Shown here one piece after another: positions 29,001 through 37,629 of a stretch of DNA of 37,776 nt. The notes below the pieces were generated by a model. The model did not search any database, was not told where the DNA came from, and saw only the letters and a program-made list of their open reading frames with translations. The translations under genes were made by a program, and so were the position numbers. The stretch covers positions 1-37,776 of the forward strand of contig JAAYGD010000008.1 of the NCBI GenBank assembly GCA_012727915.1, given 5' to 3'. Positions within the stretch are counted from its first letter, which is position 1, and every line of letters begins with the position of its first letter. Origin of the DNA: Mycoplasmatota bacterium (GTDB taxonomy: Bacteria; Bacillota_I; Bacilli_A; RF39; UBA660).

Positions 29001-29178
29001 GGTGAATACCAGGCATTCCATTAGCGGTAGGAGGGCCTTCATAAAAAACAAAATTTTCTTTACCTTCTCTATTATTAATTGTTTTATTTAAAATATCTTC
29101 TTTTTCCCATTTATCAGATATTTTATCTTCTATTTCACTTATCCTGCCTTTTTCTAATTCTTCAAATATTATTTTCAT
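26077..29178 (-). CDS. ileS: Isoleucine--tRNA ligase, type 2 (archaeal/eukaryote-like)
   Basis: EGPPTANG, GWDTHGLP, WTTTPWTL, GTGIVHIAP, EGIDQTRGWFY, KMSKS and SNWYIRRNRRRFW (IleRS2-type); 1033 aa with no C-terminal Zn finger. Confidence 0.97.
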   Translation of the reverse strand: MKIIFEELEKGRISEIEDKISDKWEKEDILNKTINNREGKENFVFYEGPPTANGMPGIHHVVSRILKDTVCKYQTMKGKRVVRKAGWDTHGLPVEIEVEKQLGLKSKKEIEEFGIKEFNEKCKESVFKNKDAFSLMTKKMGYFIDLDNPYVTFDNNYIETEWWILNKFFKEGLIYEGHKILPYCTRCGTGLASHEVAQGYKEVNTDTVIATMKVKNKDEYFLVWTTTPWTLLSNVALAVNPNETYVKVKSQGYTFILAKSLTHKVLGDDIEVLEELNGKDLEYIEYEQLIPELKVNKKAFYVTLADYVTTEDGTGIVHIAPAFGEDDYQVGRKYDLPVLNPVGEDGKYTEGPWKDILVFDADVEIIKYLKENNKLFKKERVLHNYPHCWRCDTPLLYYAKPSWYIEMTKLKDKLIDNNNSVNWHPSFIGEKRFGNWLENLNDWAISRTRYWGTPLNIWKCECGHIESIASIEELINKSIEKIDNTIDLHRPFVDEIHIKCPKCNKTMTRVKEVIDCWFDSGSMPFSQYHYPFENKELFESQFPADFICEGIDQTRGWFYSLIAISTFVKGVSPYKNVLVNDLLLDKNGQKMSKSKGNAVDPFKMFDEYGADVLRWYLLYVSPTWLPTKFDIEGLKEVQSKMFNTLKNTYTFFQLYANTDRIDPRTYEIDYEDREEIDKWLLSKYNRLVMNTDIALKEYDLNRAVKHIQLFLNDDLSNWYIRRNRRRFWDSELNNSKKAVYKTTYEVLLGLTKLMAPIIPFITEDLYKKLTNNDSVHLEDYPIYNKKHFNDHLEEKMDLVRDLITLGRFAREEAKIKVRQPISNVIINGKYKSLIGDLVDLIKEELNVKEVIFENNLNKYMNFEVKPNFKEAGPIFGSNIKLFQEYLSKISEDDLNKLEVGDIQINIDNKNYIINKNMIDIRISSKEGYNAQMQNNKFIILDTNLTQNLINEGVARELVSKIQQLRKTNNYNVIDRINIYYDSKEDFEIVLNEFKEYISKDTLAINITKRNINNKLDLNGLEVGLEIERVENYK

Positions 29179-29187
29179 ATTTACTCC

Positions 29188-30279
29188 TTAATCAATTAAA
29201 TCATAGTCCATAGTTCCTATATTTAATTTTTCTGCATATTCTAATCCTGATTTCCAATCAATATTAGAATGTATACAAGAAAATTTATCTTCAAATTTGT
29301 TTTCTAATCCATCTAATATGCTCCCCTTTACTATATCTGCTTTGTTTACTAAATCAGAACTTGCTTTATCTATGGAAACTGGGTCTGATGATGCGATTAT
29401 ACCAATATCAGGAACAATTGCTAAATCATTATTTGACCAACAATCACAATTTGGTGATACATTCATTATAAAGTTTATATGATAATGTTGTTTATCTTTT
29501 AAAACTCCATAAACATATTCAACTATTTTTTCATTTAATATAGTACTTTGTGACATTTCTTTTTGAGATATAGCTTTTTGTGGACATACAACAATACATT
29601 CTCCACATCCAACGCATTTATTGTAATCTATTATTGCTTTATCTTCAATATTAATTGCTTTTTGATTACAATTTTCTGCACATAATCCACAAGTTATACA
29701 TGTATCTTTATCTATAATAGGTTTAGAACCTGAATGCATTTCTAATTTTCCTAATTTAGATCCACATCCCATTCCTAAATTTTTTAAAGCTCCCCCAAAA
29801 CCAGCTTGTTCATGACCTTTAAAATGATTTAAAGATATTATTATATCTGCTTCAGTAATAGCATTACCAATTTTAACTGTACTACAATGTTTTAAATTAA
29901 CTTCTATTTCTTTATAATCATTTCCTTTTAAACCATCACCAATAATAATAGGGCAACCTGTAGTAGTACTATTAAATCCATTTAGTTCAGCAGTATTAAT
30001 ATGACTAATAGCATTACTTCTTGTTCCAGAATATAAAGTTGAACAATCAGTAACAAAAGGATAACCACCCTTCTCTTTTATTAAATCTGAAATTACTTTA
30101 ACATAGTTAGGTTTAATAAATGCAAGATTTCCATATTCTCCAAAATGAATTTTAAGAGCAACAAATTTGTTATTAAAATTGATGCTATTAAAATCACTTT
30201 TTATTAGTAATTTTTTAAATTTATCCAACATATTATTATCATATGTTGTTCTCATATTTGTAAAATAAATTTTTGACAT
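29188..30279 (-). CDS. DUF362-family Fe-S protein with a 2x[4Fe-4S] ferredoxin insert
   Basis: VALKIHFGE.GN, TDCSTLY.G.R, HFKGH, GGALKNLGMGC, CITCGLCAENC, CVGCGECIVVCP, CDC and DPVSIDKAS. Confidence 0.88.
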   Translation of the reverse strand: MSKIYFTNMRTTYDNNMLDKFKKLLIKSDFNSINFNNKFVALKIHFGEYGNLAFIKPNYVKVISDLIKEKGGYPFVTDCSTLYSGTRSNAISHINTAELNGFNSTTTGCPIIIGDGLKGNDYKEIEVNLKHCSTVKIGNAITEADIIISLNHFKGHEQAGFGGALKNLGMGCGSKLGKLEMHSGSKPIIDKDTCITCGLCAENCNQKAINIEDKAIIDYNKCVGCGECIVVCPQKAISQKEMSQSTILNEKIVEYVYGVLKDKQHYHINFIMNVSPNCDCWSNNDLAIVPDIGIIASSDPVSIDKASSDLVNKADIVKGSILDGLENKFEDKFSCIHSNIDWKSGLEYAEKLNIGTMDYDLID

Positions 30280-30293
30280 ATTTCCTCCTTATA

Positions 30294-30502
30294 ATAAAAA
30301 AAAGATAGTATCTAAAGGACGAATAACCGCGGTACCACCTTTTTTTATAGCTAAACTATACACTCTAAGATTGTAACGTAATCATCGTCTTTTTCTACGT
30401 TTCGAAAAAGCATATCAAGAGTGATTTATATATTATATTTAAACTTATTTGCACCAATCATAAGCTCTCTAAATTAAATTATAAAATATCTTCTCCATCA
30501 TT
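30294..30502 (-). ncRNA. Ile-specific T-box riboswitch leader
   Basis: Minus strand shows AGAGA and GGTGCAA stem I loops, specifier ATC (30425-30423), T-box AAGGTGGTACCGCG and antiterminator 3' arm CGTCCTTT. Located downstream of divIVA, as in other Bacilli. Confidence 0.9.
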
Positions 30503-30955
30503 TACTTTATATTCATCTGAATCCATGTCATTAATTAAATCTAATTGTTGTTCTAACATGGTTTTCATTCTTTTTTTATACATATTTATATTCTTTTTTA
30601 GCATTTCAGCTCTATATTGAACTTTTTCAGCTCTATTTAATGCATCAGATATAATTCTATTTGCATTTTTTCTTGATTCATTTATTATAGCATCACTTTC
30701 TTCTTTTGCAATATATCTAATTCTATCATTATTAGCTTGAGCATTAGTTATTGTACTATTTAATGTGCTTTCAATTTGTTTATATCTATTTAATTCATTT
30801 TGTAATTCTATAATAGTTTTATCTTTAGCGATTGCAATTTCATCTTTCTTTTTAGAATCAGATATTATTTTTTCTAATTTAACAATAACTTCATCCAAAA
30901 AAGCATTTACTTCTTTTGGATTATAACCTCTAAAAGTTTTATTAAATTTTTTCAT
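30479..30955 (-). CDS. divIVA: Cell division protein DivIVA
   Basis: KKFNKTFRGYNPKEVNAFLDEV N-terminal domain plus coiled coil; sepF-divIVA-ileS synteny. Confidence 0.92.
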   Translation of the reverse strand: MKKFNKTFRGYNPKEVNAFLDEVIVKLEKIISDSKKKDEIAIAKDKTIIELQNELNRYKQIESTLNSTITNAQANNDRIRYIAKEESDAIINESRKNANRIISDALNRAEKVQYRAEMLKKNINMYKKRMKTMLEQQLDLINDMDSDEYKVNDGEDIL

Positions 30956-30978
30956 ACAATCACCTCAGAATTATAAAA

Positions 30979-31389
30979 CTATTTTATTTCAACATCAATA
31001 TCACTATTGTCATGAATTTTGTCTTTAATATCATCTTCTGCCATTTTACCTTGAACACTCATGTTTTTTGGAGCACATAGAAATATTCCGCCACCAATTT
31101 TTTGTAAGTCTCCACCTATAGCATAAATAGTACCACTTAAGAAATCAACTATTCTTTTTGCTTGATCAGTAGTTACTCTTCTTAAATTAACTATTACTGT
31201 ATGTCTGTTTTTTAAATGATCCGCTATTTGTTGAGATTCTGAAAAAGCTCTTGGTTCAAGTAATATTAATTTTGTTCCTTCAGAAGCTAATCCTTTTAAT
31301 GCATCTTCTGTAGATAAAGCATAAAATTCATCTTCAGAAGACAAAGGTTCTTTATCTTTCCATAAATTTTTTAAATTTTTTAAAGCCAT
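30979..31389 (-). CDS. sepF: Cell division protein SepF
   Basis: EPRAFSESQQIADHLK..VIVNL..AKRIVDFLSGTIYAIGG..IFLCAP. Confidence 0.95.
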   Translation of the reverse strand: MALKNLKNLWKDKEPLSSEDEFYALSTEDALKGLASEGTKLILLEPRAFSESQQIADHLKNRHTVIVNLRRVTTDQAKRIVDFLSGTIYAIGGDLQKIGGGIFLCAPKNMSVQGKMAEDDIKDKIHDNSDIDVEIK

Positions 31390-31456
31390 TTTATCCTCCT
31401 ACTACTAGTGTTTACTTGATTATTATACCACATATTTATTTATTTAAATATATTTT

Positions 31457-33118
31457 TTAAAATAATCCTTCTATTATATTTTTACCATCAATTGTATTAA
31501 TTTTCATTTTACAAGCCATAGGTTCTTTAGGTAGTCCAGGCATTGTCATAATTTTTCCTGCTATACAAACTATAAATCCAGCTCCAATTGATAATCTAAT
31601 TTCTCTAATAGTAATATCAAAATTAGTTGGAGCTCCAATTAATTTTTCATCATCAGAAAACGAATATTGAGTTTTTGCAATACATATTGGCAAATTATTG
31701 TATCCTAATTTATTAATTTTATCTAACATATTAAGAGCTTCTTTTTCAAATATAACATTATTTGCTCTATATATTTCTTTAGCTATAACTTTAATTTTAT
31801 CTTCAATAGATAAATCTAAATTATATATTGGTTTAAATTTATTATCTTTAATTGAATCAATTACTTTAATAGCAAGATCTATTCCACCTTTGCTTCCTTT
31901 AGAAAAAACTTCTGATATCGCAATATTAATATTTTTATCTTTAAAATAATTTACAACAAAATCTAATTCTTTTTTTGAATCAGTATCAAATTTATTAAGC
32001 GCAATAACAATTGGTACATTATATTTTTTAATATTTTCTATGTGTCTTTCTAAATTAGGAATACCATTTTTAATTGCTTCTAAGTTAACTTTGTATAAAT
32101 CTTCTTTAAGAACTCCACCATGCATTTTAAGAGCTCTAACAGTTGATACTACTACAGCAACACTTGGTTTAAGGTTTCCAATTCTACATTTTAAATCAAA
32201 GAATTTTTCTCCACCTAAATCAGAACCAAATCCTGCTTCAGTAACCACATAATCGCTTAATTTTAAAGCATTTGAAGTTGCTATTATACTATTACATCCA
32301 TGCGCTATATTTGCAAAGGGGCCACCATGAATGAGTGTAGGAGTAAGTTCTATAGTTTGAACTAAATTAGGTTTAATAGCGTCTTTCATTATTAAAGTCA
32401 TTGCTTCTTCAGCTTTTAAATCTTTTACATTTACTGGAATATCATCATATGTATATCCAATAATAATTTTTTTTATTTTTTCTTTTAAATCCATTAAATC
32501 TTTAGATAAACACAATATAGCCATTATTTCTGATGCTACTGTAATATCAAAACCAGTCTTTCTTGGAGTACCATTTTTTTCTCCTAATCCAATTTCTATT
32601 TCCCTTAATGCTCTATCATTTAAATCAACTACTCTTTTCCAAGTTACTTTATTAGGATCTATATTTAATAAATTACCTTGAAATATAGAATTATCTATCA
32701 TTGCTGATAATAGATTATGAGCAGTTGTTACTGCATGAATATCACCTGTAAAATGTAAATTAATATCTTCCATAGGTAATACTTGAGCATAACCTCCTCC
32801 ACAAGCTCCTCCTTTCATACCAAAAGAAGGACCTAAAGAAGGTTCTCTTAAACATAACATAGTATTTTTATTTATTTTATTTAATGCATCTGCAAGTCCA
32901 ATACTAGTAGTTGTCTTACCTTCTCCTGCTTTTGTAGGACTCATTGCAGTTACTAATATTAATTTGCCATTCTTGTTCTCTTTTATATTTTCTACTTTTA
33001 TTTTAGCTTTGTAATCACCATATAATTCTATATTATTTTTATCAATATTTAATTTTTTGGCAATATCAACAATTTTCTTCATTTTTGATGATTGCGCAAT
33101 TTCTATATCAGTTTTCAT
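31457..33118 (-). CDS. fhs: Formate--tetrahydrofolate ligase
   Basis: TDIEIAQ, PTKAGEGKTT, KGGACGGGY, HGGPFANIAHG, TEAGFG and MTMPGLP. Confidence 0.98.
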   Translation of the reverse strand: MKTDIEIAQSSKMKKIVDIAKKLNIDKNNIELYGDYKAKIKVENIKENKNGKLILVTAMSPTKAGEGKTTTSIGLADALNKINKNTMLCLREPSLGPSFGMKGGACGGGYAQVLPMEDINLHFTGDIHAVTTAHNLLSAMIDNSIFQGNLLNIDPNKVTWKRVVDLNDRALREIEIGLGEKNGTPRKTGFDITVASEIMAILCLSKDLMDLKEKIKKIIIGYTYDDIPVNVKDLKAEEAMTLIMKDAIKPNLVQTIELTPTLIHGGPFANIAHGCNSIIATSNALKLSDYVVTEAGFGSDLGGEKFFDLKCRIGNLKPSVAVVVSTVRALKMHGGVLKEDLYKVNLEAIKNGIPNLERHIENIKKYNVPIVIALNKFDTDSKKELDFVVNYFKDKNINIAISEVFSKGSKGGIDLAIKVIDSIKDNKFKPIYNLDLSIEDKIKVIAKEIYRANNVIFEKEALNMLDKINKLGYNNLPICIAKTQYSFSDDEKLIGAPTNFDITIREIRLSIGAGFIVCIAGKIMTMPGLPKEPMACKMKINTIDGKNIIEGLF

Positions 33119-33127
33119 TTTATCTCC

Positions 33128-34195
33128 TTATTTTTTTATATTTGCTTTTTCTTCTAAAATTGGAGAAATAGAATCTTTTCTATTTAAAGTATCTATTACT
33201 CTTGCAACATGTTTTGTAAAATCTACTACTTCCATCCATTTTTCTTTTTTTACATCATCACTAATATAAGAAAGATTTGTAGTATATATTTTTTTAAATT
33301 TCTTTTCTTTATATAATGATTTAAATTTATCTATTCCATTTGTAAATAAAGCATAACTTACGAATATATATGTTTCTTTTACTCCTTTTTCTATTAATTG
33401 TTCAACTATGTCAATTATAGAATCACCTGAGGCTATCATATCGTCTACTATTATTGCAGTTTTTCCTTTAGGATTTGCACCTATATACATGTGATCTATA
33501 ATAGGATTTTTTCCATTTATTACTTTTGAAAAATCTCTTCTTTTATAAAATAATCCTAATCCATCTTCTAAATTAAAAGTACTTGAATAAAATTTTGCTC
33601 TATCTACAGCTCCAGTATCAGGACTAATCACTAAAATATTTTTTGTATTAATTTTTTCTTTTTTACAAAATGTTTCAATCATTAGTTTTGTTGGAAAAAA
33701 ATTAGTAAAAGGATAATTTGGAATAGAATTAACAATATCTGGATTATGAGCATCATATGTAATAATTTCGTCTACTCCAAAAGTACTTAATTCTTGAAGT
33801 GCTACAGCACAATCTAATGATTCTCTACTTTTTCTTCTATGTTGTCTTGATTCATATAATAATGGCATTATAAGTGTTGTTTTTTTAGAATGTTTTTCTA
33901 TTGCTCCAACTACTCTTTTAATATCTTGAAAGTGGTCATCAGGACTCATATGATTTAAATATTCTCCCATTTGATAAGTAAGATTTCTATTACCTACATC
34001 AGTTAATATGTATAAATCTTTATCTCTAATAGTATCTGATATAGTAGCTTTTCCTTCTCCATTAGCAAACCTATCTAATTTAGTAGGTACAATAAATGTT
34101 TTATTAGTTTTTCTAATTTTTTTTAATTCTTCATCTACCTTTTTCCCAAAATCTTCAAAATTTTTTAATACAATAATTTTTAAATCATTACTCAT
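33128..34195 (-). CDS. prs: Ribose-phosphate pyrophosphokinase (long clostridial-like type)
   Basis: RFANGE, LYESRQHRR, SPDTGA and IVDDMIASGDS (PRPP-binding loop). Confidence 0.93.
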   Translation of the reverse strand: MSNDLKIIVLKNFEDFGKKVDEELKKIRKTNKTFIVPTKLDRFANGEGKATISDTIRDKDLYILTDVGNRNLTYQMGEYLNHMSPDDHFQDIKRVVGAIEKHSKKTTLIMPLLYESRQHRRKSRESLDCAVALQELSTFGVDEIITYDAHNPDIVNSIPNYPFTNFFPTKLMIETFCKKEKINTKNILVISPDTGAVDRAKFYSSTFNLEDGLGLFYKRRDFSKVINGKNPIIDHMYIGANPKGKTAIIVDDMIASGDSIIDIVEQLIEKGVKETYIFVSYALFTNGIDKFKSLYKEKKFKKIYTTNLSYISDDVKKEKWMEVVDFTKHVARVIDTLNRKDSISPILEEKANIKK

Positions 34196-34230
34196 AATAC
34201 CTCCTTATATATTTTAACATAAAAATAAAT

Positions 34231-34256
34231 AAAAAAAGAGATGTAAAATCCCTTTT
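34231..34256 (-). terminator. Terminator of the IscU-like/GGGtGRT/small-protein operon
   Basis: Minus strand AAAAGGGAT-tttac-ATCTCTTTT followed by Ts. Confidence 0.55.
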
Positions 34257-34422
34257 AGTTTCCTCTATTTTGAGTTCTTTTTCCAAGGCTATCAACACGA
34301 ATTTTATTTCTTTTATTGAAGCTTTGATTTACTTTATTATCTTTTGATAAATTAGAATTAAATTTTTTATCTAATTTATTTTTTAAAGCTTCTTTAATTT
34401 TACTTTGTGGTTTTTCCTCCAT
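34255..34422 (-). CDS. 55-aa basic (K/N/R-rich) hypothetical protein
   Basis: MEEKPQSKIKEALKNKLDKKFNSNLSKDNKVNQSFNKRNKIRVDSLGKRTQNRGN*. AAGGAGGA RBS directly after the GGGtGRT stop. Not in the ORF track. Confidence 0.75.
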   Translation of the reverse strand: MEEKPQSKIKEALKNKLDKKFNSNLSKDNKVNQSFNKRNKIRVDSLGKRTQNRGN

Positions 34423-34431
34423 AAATCCTCC

Positions 34432-35430
34432 TTACTTCATTGCTTCTTCAACTGCAACTGATATTGATACTGTAGCTCCTACCATAGGATTGTTACCCAT
34501 ACCAATATAACCCATCATTTCTACATGAGCTGGAACTGACGAAGAACCCGCAAATTGTGCATCAGAATGCATTCTTCCCATTGTATCAGTTAATCCATAA
34601 GATGCTGGACCTGCACCCATATTATCTGGATGTAAAGTTCTTCCTGTACCACCACCTGAAGCAACTGAAAAATATTTTTTCCCTAATTCATTACATTCTT
34701 TTTTATATGTGCCAGCTACAGGATGTTGAAATCTAGTTGGATTAGTAGAATTTCCTGTTATAGAAACATCAACACCTTCTAAATGCATTATAGCTACACC
34801 TTCTCTAACATCGTTAGCACCATAACATTTTACTTTAGATCTTTCTCCATCAGAATATTTAATTTCTTCTATTATATTAAGTTTGCAATTATAAAAATCA
34901 AAGTCTGTTTTAACATAGGTAAAACCATTTATTCTTGATATTACTAATGCAGCATCTTTTCCTAATCCATTTAATATTACTCTTAAAGGATCTTTTCTAA
35001 CTTTATTAGCTGATTTTGCAATACCAATTGCTCCTTCAGCAGCAGCAAAACTTTCATGACCCGCTAAAAATGCAAAACATTTTGTTTCTTCACTTAATAA
35101 CATAGATGCTAAATTACCATGCCCTAAACCTATTTTTCTATCTTCAGCAACAGATCCAGGTAAACAAAAAGCTTGTAAGCCTTCTCCCAATACCTTAGCA
35201 ACTTCCTTAGCACTTTTAATTCCTTTTTTTATAGCAATTGATGCTCCAACTATGTATGCCCACCCTGCATCATCAAAAGAAATTGGTTGTACTTCTTTAA
35301 CTATTTTTAATATATCTATGTTTTTGTCATCACATATTTTTTTAGCTTCTTCTAGTCCACTAATACCATTTTTATTTAATAATTCATTAATTCTATTAAT
35401 TCTACCATTATATCTTTCAAATGTAATCAT
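34432..35430 (-). CDS. GGGtGRT family protein (function unknown)
   Basis: Contains the eponymous SVASGGGTGRTLHPDN motif, plus AGHESFAAAEGAI and GNSTNPTRFQHP. Confidence 0.93.
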   Translation of the reverse strand: MITFERYNGRINRINELLNKNGISGLEEAKKICDDKNIDILKIVKEVQPISFDDAGWAYIVGASIAIKKGIKSAKEVAKVLGEGLQAFCLPGSVAEDRKIGLGHGNLASMLLSEETKCFAFLAGHESFAAAEGAIGIAKSANKVRKDPLRVILNGLGKDAALVISRINGFTYVKTDFDFYNCKLNIIEEIKYSDGERSKVKCYGANDVREGVAIMHLEGVDVSITGNSTNPTRFQHPVAGTYKKECNELGKKYFSVASGGGTGRTLHPDNMGAGPASYGLTDTMGRMHSDAQFAGSSSVPAHVEMMGYIGMGNNPMVGATVSISVAVEEAMK

Positions 35431-35433
35431 CGG

Positions 35434-36123
35434 TTACTCCTTCCTTGGATCTATCTTTTTAACTGCTTCATTAAATCTTCCATATGTTCCACTAGCTTTT
35501 TCTATAGCTTCTAAAGGATTCATATTTGATTTAATGTTATCCATCATCTTACCTAAATTAACATATTTATAACCAATTATTGCATCATTTTCATCTAATC
35601 CCATTTCTAAAATATATCCTTCTGTTAGATGTAAATATCTTGGACCTTTTTCTTTTGTAGAATATATCATTCCTACTTGACTCATTTGTCCTTTGCCCAA
35701 ATCTTCTAAACCAGCTCCTATTGGTAATCCATTTTCAGAAAAAGCAGATTGACTTCTACCATATACAATTTGTAAGAACAATTCTCTCATTGCTGTATTT
35801 ATTGCATCACAAACTAAATCAGTATTTAAAGCTTCTAAAATGGTTTTACCTACTAATATTTCTCCAGCCATAGCAGCAGAATGTGTCATTCCAGAACAAC
35901 CCATTACTTCTACTAATGCTTCTTCTATTATACCTTCTTTTATATTTAAAGTTAATTTACATGATCCTTGTTGAGGTGCACACCAACCTACTCCATGAGT
36001 TAATCCCGAAATATCTTTTATTTCTTTTGCTTTAACCCATTTTCCTTCTTCAGGAATAGGTGCCGGTCCATGTTTAGCATCATTTTTAACACAATACATT
36101 TCTTCTACTTCTTTTGTAATCAT
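35434..36123 (-). CDS. IscU/NifU-N-like Fe-S scaffold-type protein (GGGtGRT partner)
   Basis: GWCAPQQGSCKLTL...GCSGMTHSAAMA.E.L.GKT..EALN.DLVCDA resembles the IscU fold with a C-terminal extension. 3 nt from the GGGtGRT gene. Confidence 0.82.
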   Translation of the reverse strand: MITKEVEEMYCVKNDAKHGPAPIPEEGKWVKAKEIKDISGLTHGVGWCAPQQGSCKLTLNIKEGIIEEALVEVMGCSGMTHSAAMAGEILVGKTILEALNTDLVCDAINTAMRELFLQIVYGRSQSAFSENGLPIGAGLEDLGKGQMSQVGMIYSTKEKGPRYLHLTEGYILEMGLDENDAIIGYKYVNLGKMMDNIKSNMNPLEAIEKASGTYGRFNEAVKKIDPRKE

Positions 36124-36153
36124 TATTCCACCTACCTTACATATGAATTATAA

Positions 36154-36192
36154 CAAAAATATGATAAAGAGTAAATATACACTTTATCATAT
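36154..36192 (-). terminator. Hairpin (probable terminator) abutting the promoter of the IscU-like gene
   Basis: ATATGATAAAG...CTTTATCATAT 11-bp arms with a T run on the - strand. TGTTATAAT (-) lies at 36147-36155. Confidence 0.5.
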
Positions 36193-36280
36193 CAAATAAA
36201 TCTTATTCTGATAGAAAATATTCTTTTCCATTTGAAACCTTGTAAAAATACATAATGAATTAATTTATAATTTTGAATTT

Positions 36281-36484
36281 TTACTCATCTTTTAAATTTT
36301 TAAAATAATCCTCAATCTTTTTTTCTACCATATCATCTGTTAAATCGAATTTTTCTTTATAATAATTAATACTTTCTTCTAAATCAAAGTGTGGGTTTTC
36401 ATTATTAATGCTTTGTGATCCCAATACAGGATGATATTCATCTGTTTGTTGATCGGTTTCAATTTCATTATCTTCATAATCCAT
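36281..36484 (-). CDS. Small acidic hypothetical protein (67 aa)
   Basis: Co-oriented ORF with protein-like D/E-rich composition; weak RBS. Confidence 0.5.
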   Translation of the reverse strand: MDYEDNEIETDQQTDEYHPVLGSQSINNENPHFDLEESINYYKEKFDLTDDMVEKKIEDYFKNLKDE

Positions 36485-36523
36485 ATTTTCGATTTCTCAT
36501 TTCTAGAAACTATTAATTTATTA

Positions 36524-37612
36524 TTATTTAATTTCTTTAATTTTGTTTTTAAATACATTATTGTATATAAGGACTGTTATTATTTTAAAAGAACATACAA
36601 CTATTAATGTTTTTATAACTCCTATATAGTCAGCCATAGCTCCAACTAATATCATTACAATTGCAATAGAAATTGTAACAATAAGTGAAGAAAATGATGC
36701 CATACTAGCTCTCAATTCATTGCTATAATATTCATTTAATAGGCTGTTTTTAGCAACTCCTGTTGGAAATAATGAATTACTTACTAATATAAGAGGTGAA
36801 ATAACACTATTTAGTACAAAACCTATTATGTTTGAAAATATACTATATAAATTACCTAATACAAGAACATTTTTGTCTCCAAATTTTTTAATTATTTTAC
36901 CAGCAAACCAATTTGAACTAAACATACCAATATTTGATAATAAACTTGGAATACCTATTGCCCACATTGGCCATACCATCTTATAAAACATCGGTCTAAA
37001 TTGATATGCAGATTCACCTACGCATGATGCTATCGTATCTGCAATAATTATTTTTTTTAATTGAGAATTCTTTTTTATATGCCTAAATAAATCTTTAGTA
37101 TTTTTAAATGGATTGGTAGATATTTTATTTGATAATATTTTTGGGTCTTTAATTTTAAAACAAACAAACATATTTATTATCTTAGGTATTATTGTTAATA
37201 ACATCAAAAATTTAATAGAGGTAAAGTAATATAAAACTCCACCTAATATCACTGCTATAATGGCTGCTAATTGATACATAGACTGAGTTTTTCCTAAATA
37301 TGTTTTATATTCTTTTTCTAAACCATCTTCAAGTAAAGTATCGTATAATAATGCTTCATTGTTGCCACTATAGAATGCTCTTTCTATTCCTTCAAATATT
37401 GCCGCAACAACTAATAATATATAATTATTACTTATAGCAAAACAAATAGAATATATTAAAGAAAATATTGTCCCTAAAATCAAAGTCTTTTTTCTTCCAA
37501 TTACATCCGATATTATTCCTGTTGGAATTTCAAATATGGCGTTTGTAATCATTGCTATAGAAAATATACTCATACCAAGAACCATAGATCCTGATAAAGT
37601 AGTAAAATATAT
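36524..37612 (-). pseudogene. MFS transporter body lacking its first helix and start (5'-truncated as assembled)
   Basis: FEIPTGIISDVIGRKK (MFS motif A), SGNNEALLYDTL and RASMASF. Upstream of IYFTT the frame runs through promoter-like DNA with no RBS. Confidence 0.7.
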
Positions 37613-37629
37613 TAAGCATATCTTGTTAT

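Noticed and set aside
4179..35572. Short antisense ORFs (4179, 5406, 7266, 9362, 12843, 16432, 18211, 19074, 20684, 22460, 22816, 26615, 29297, 31698, 32040, 33057, 34008, 35252)
   Set aside because: They lie opposite well-supported genes, lack RBSs, and mostly have the F/L/I/S-rich composition of antisense shadows in AT-rich DNA.
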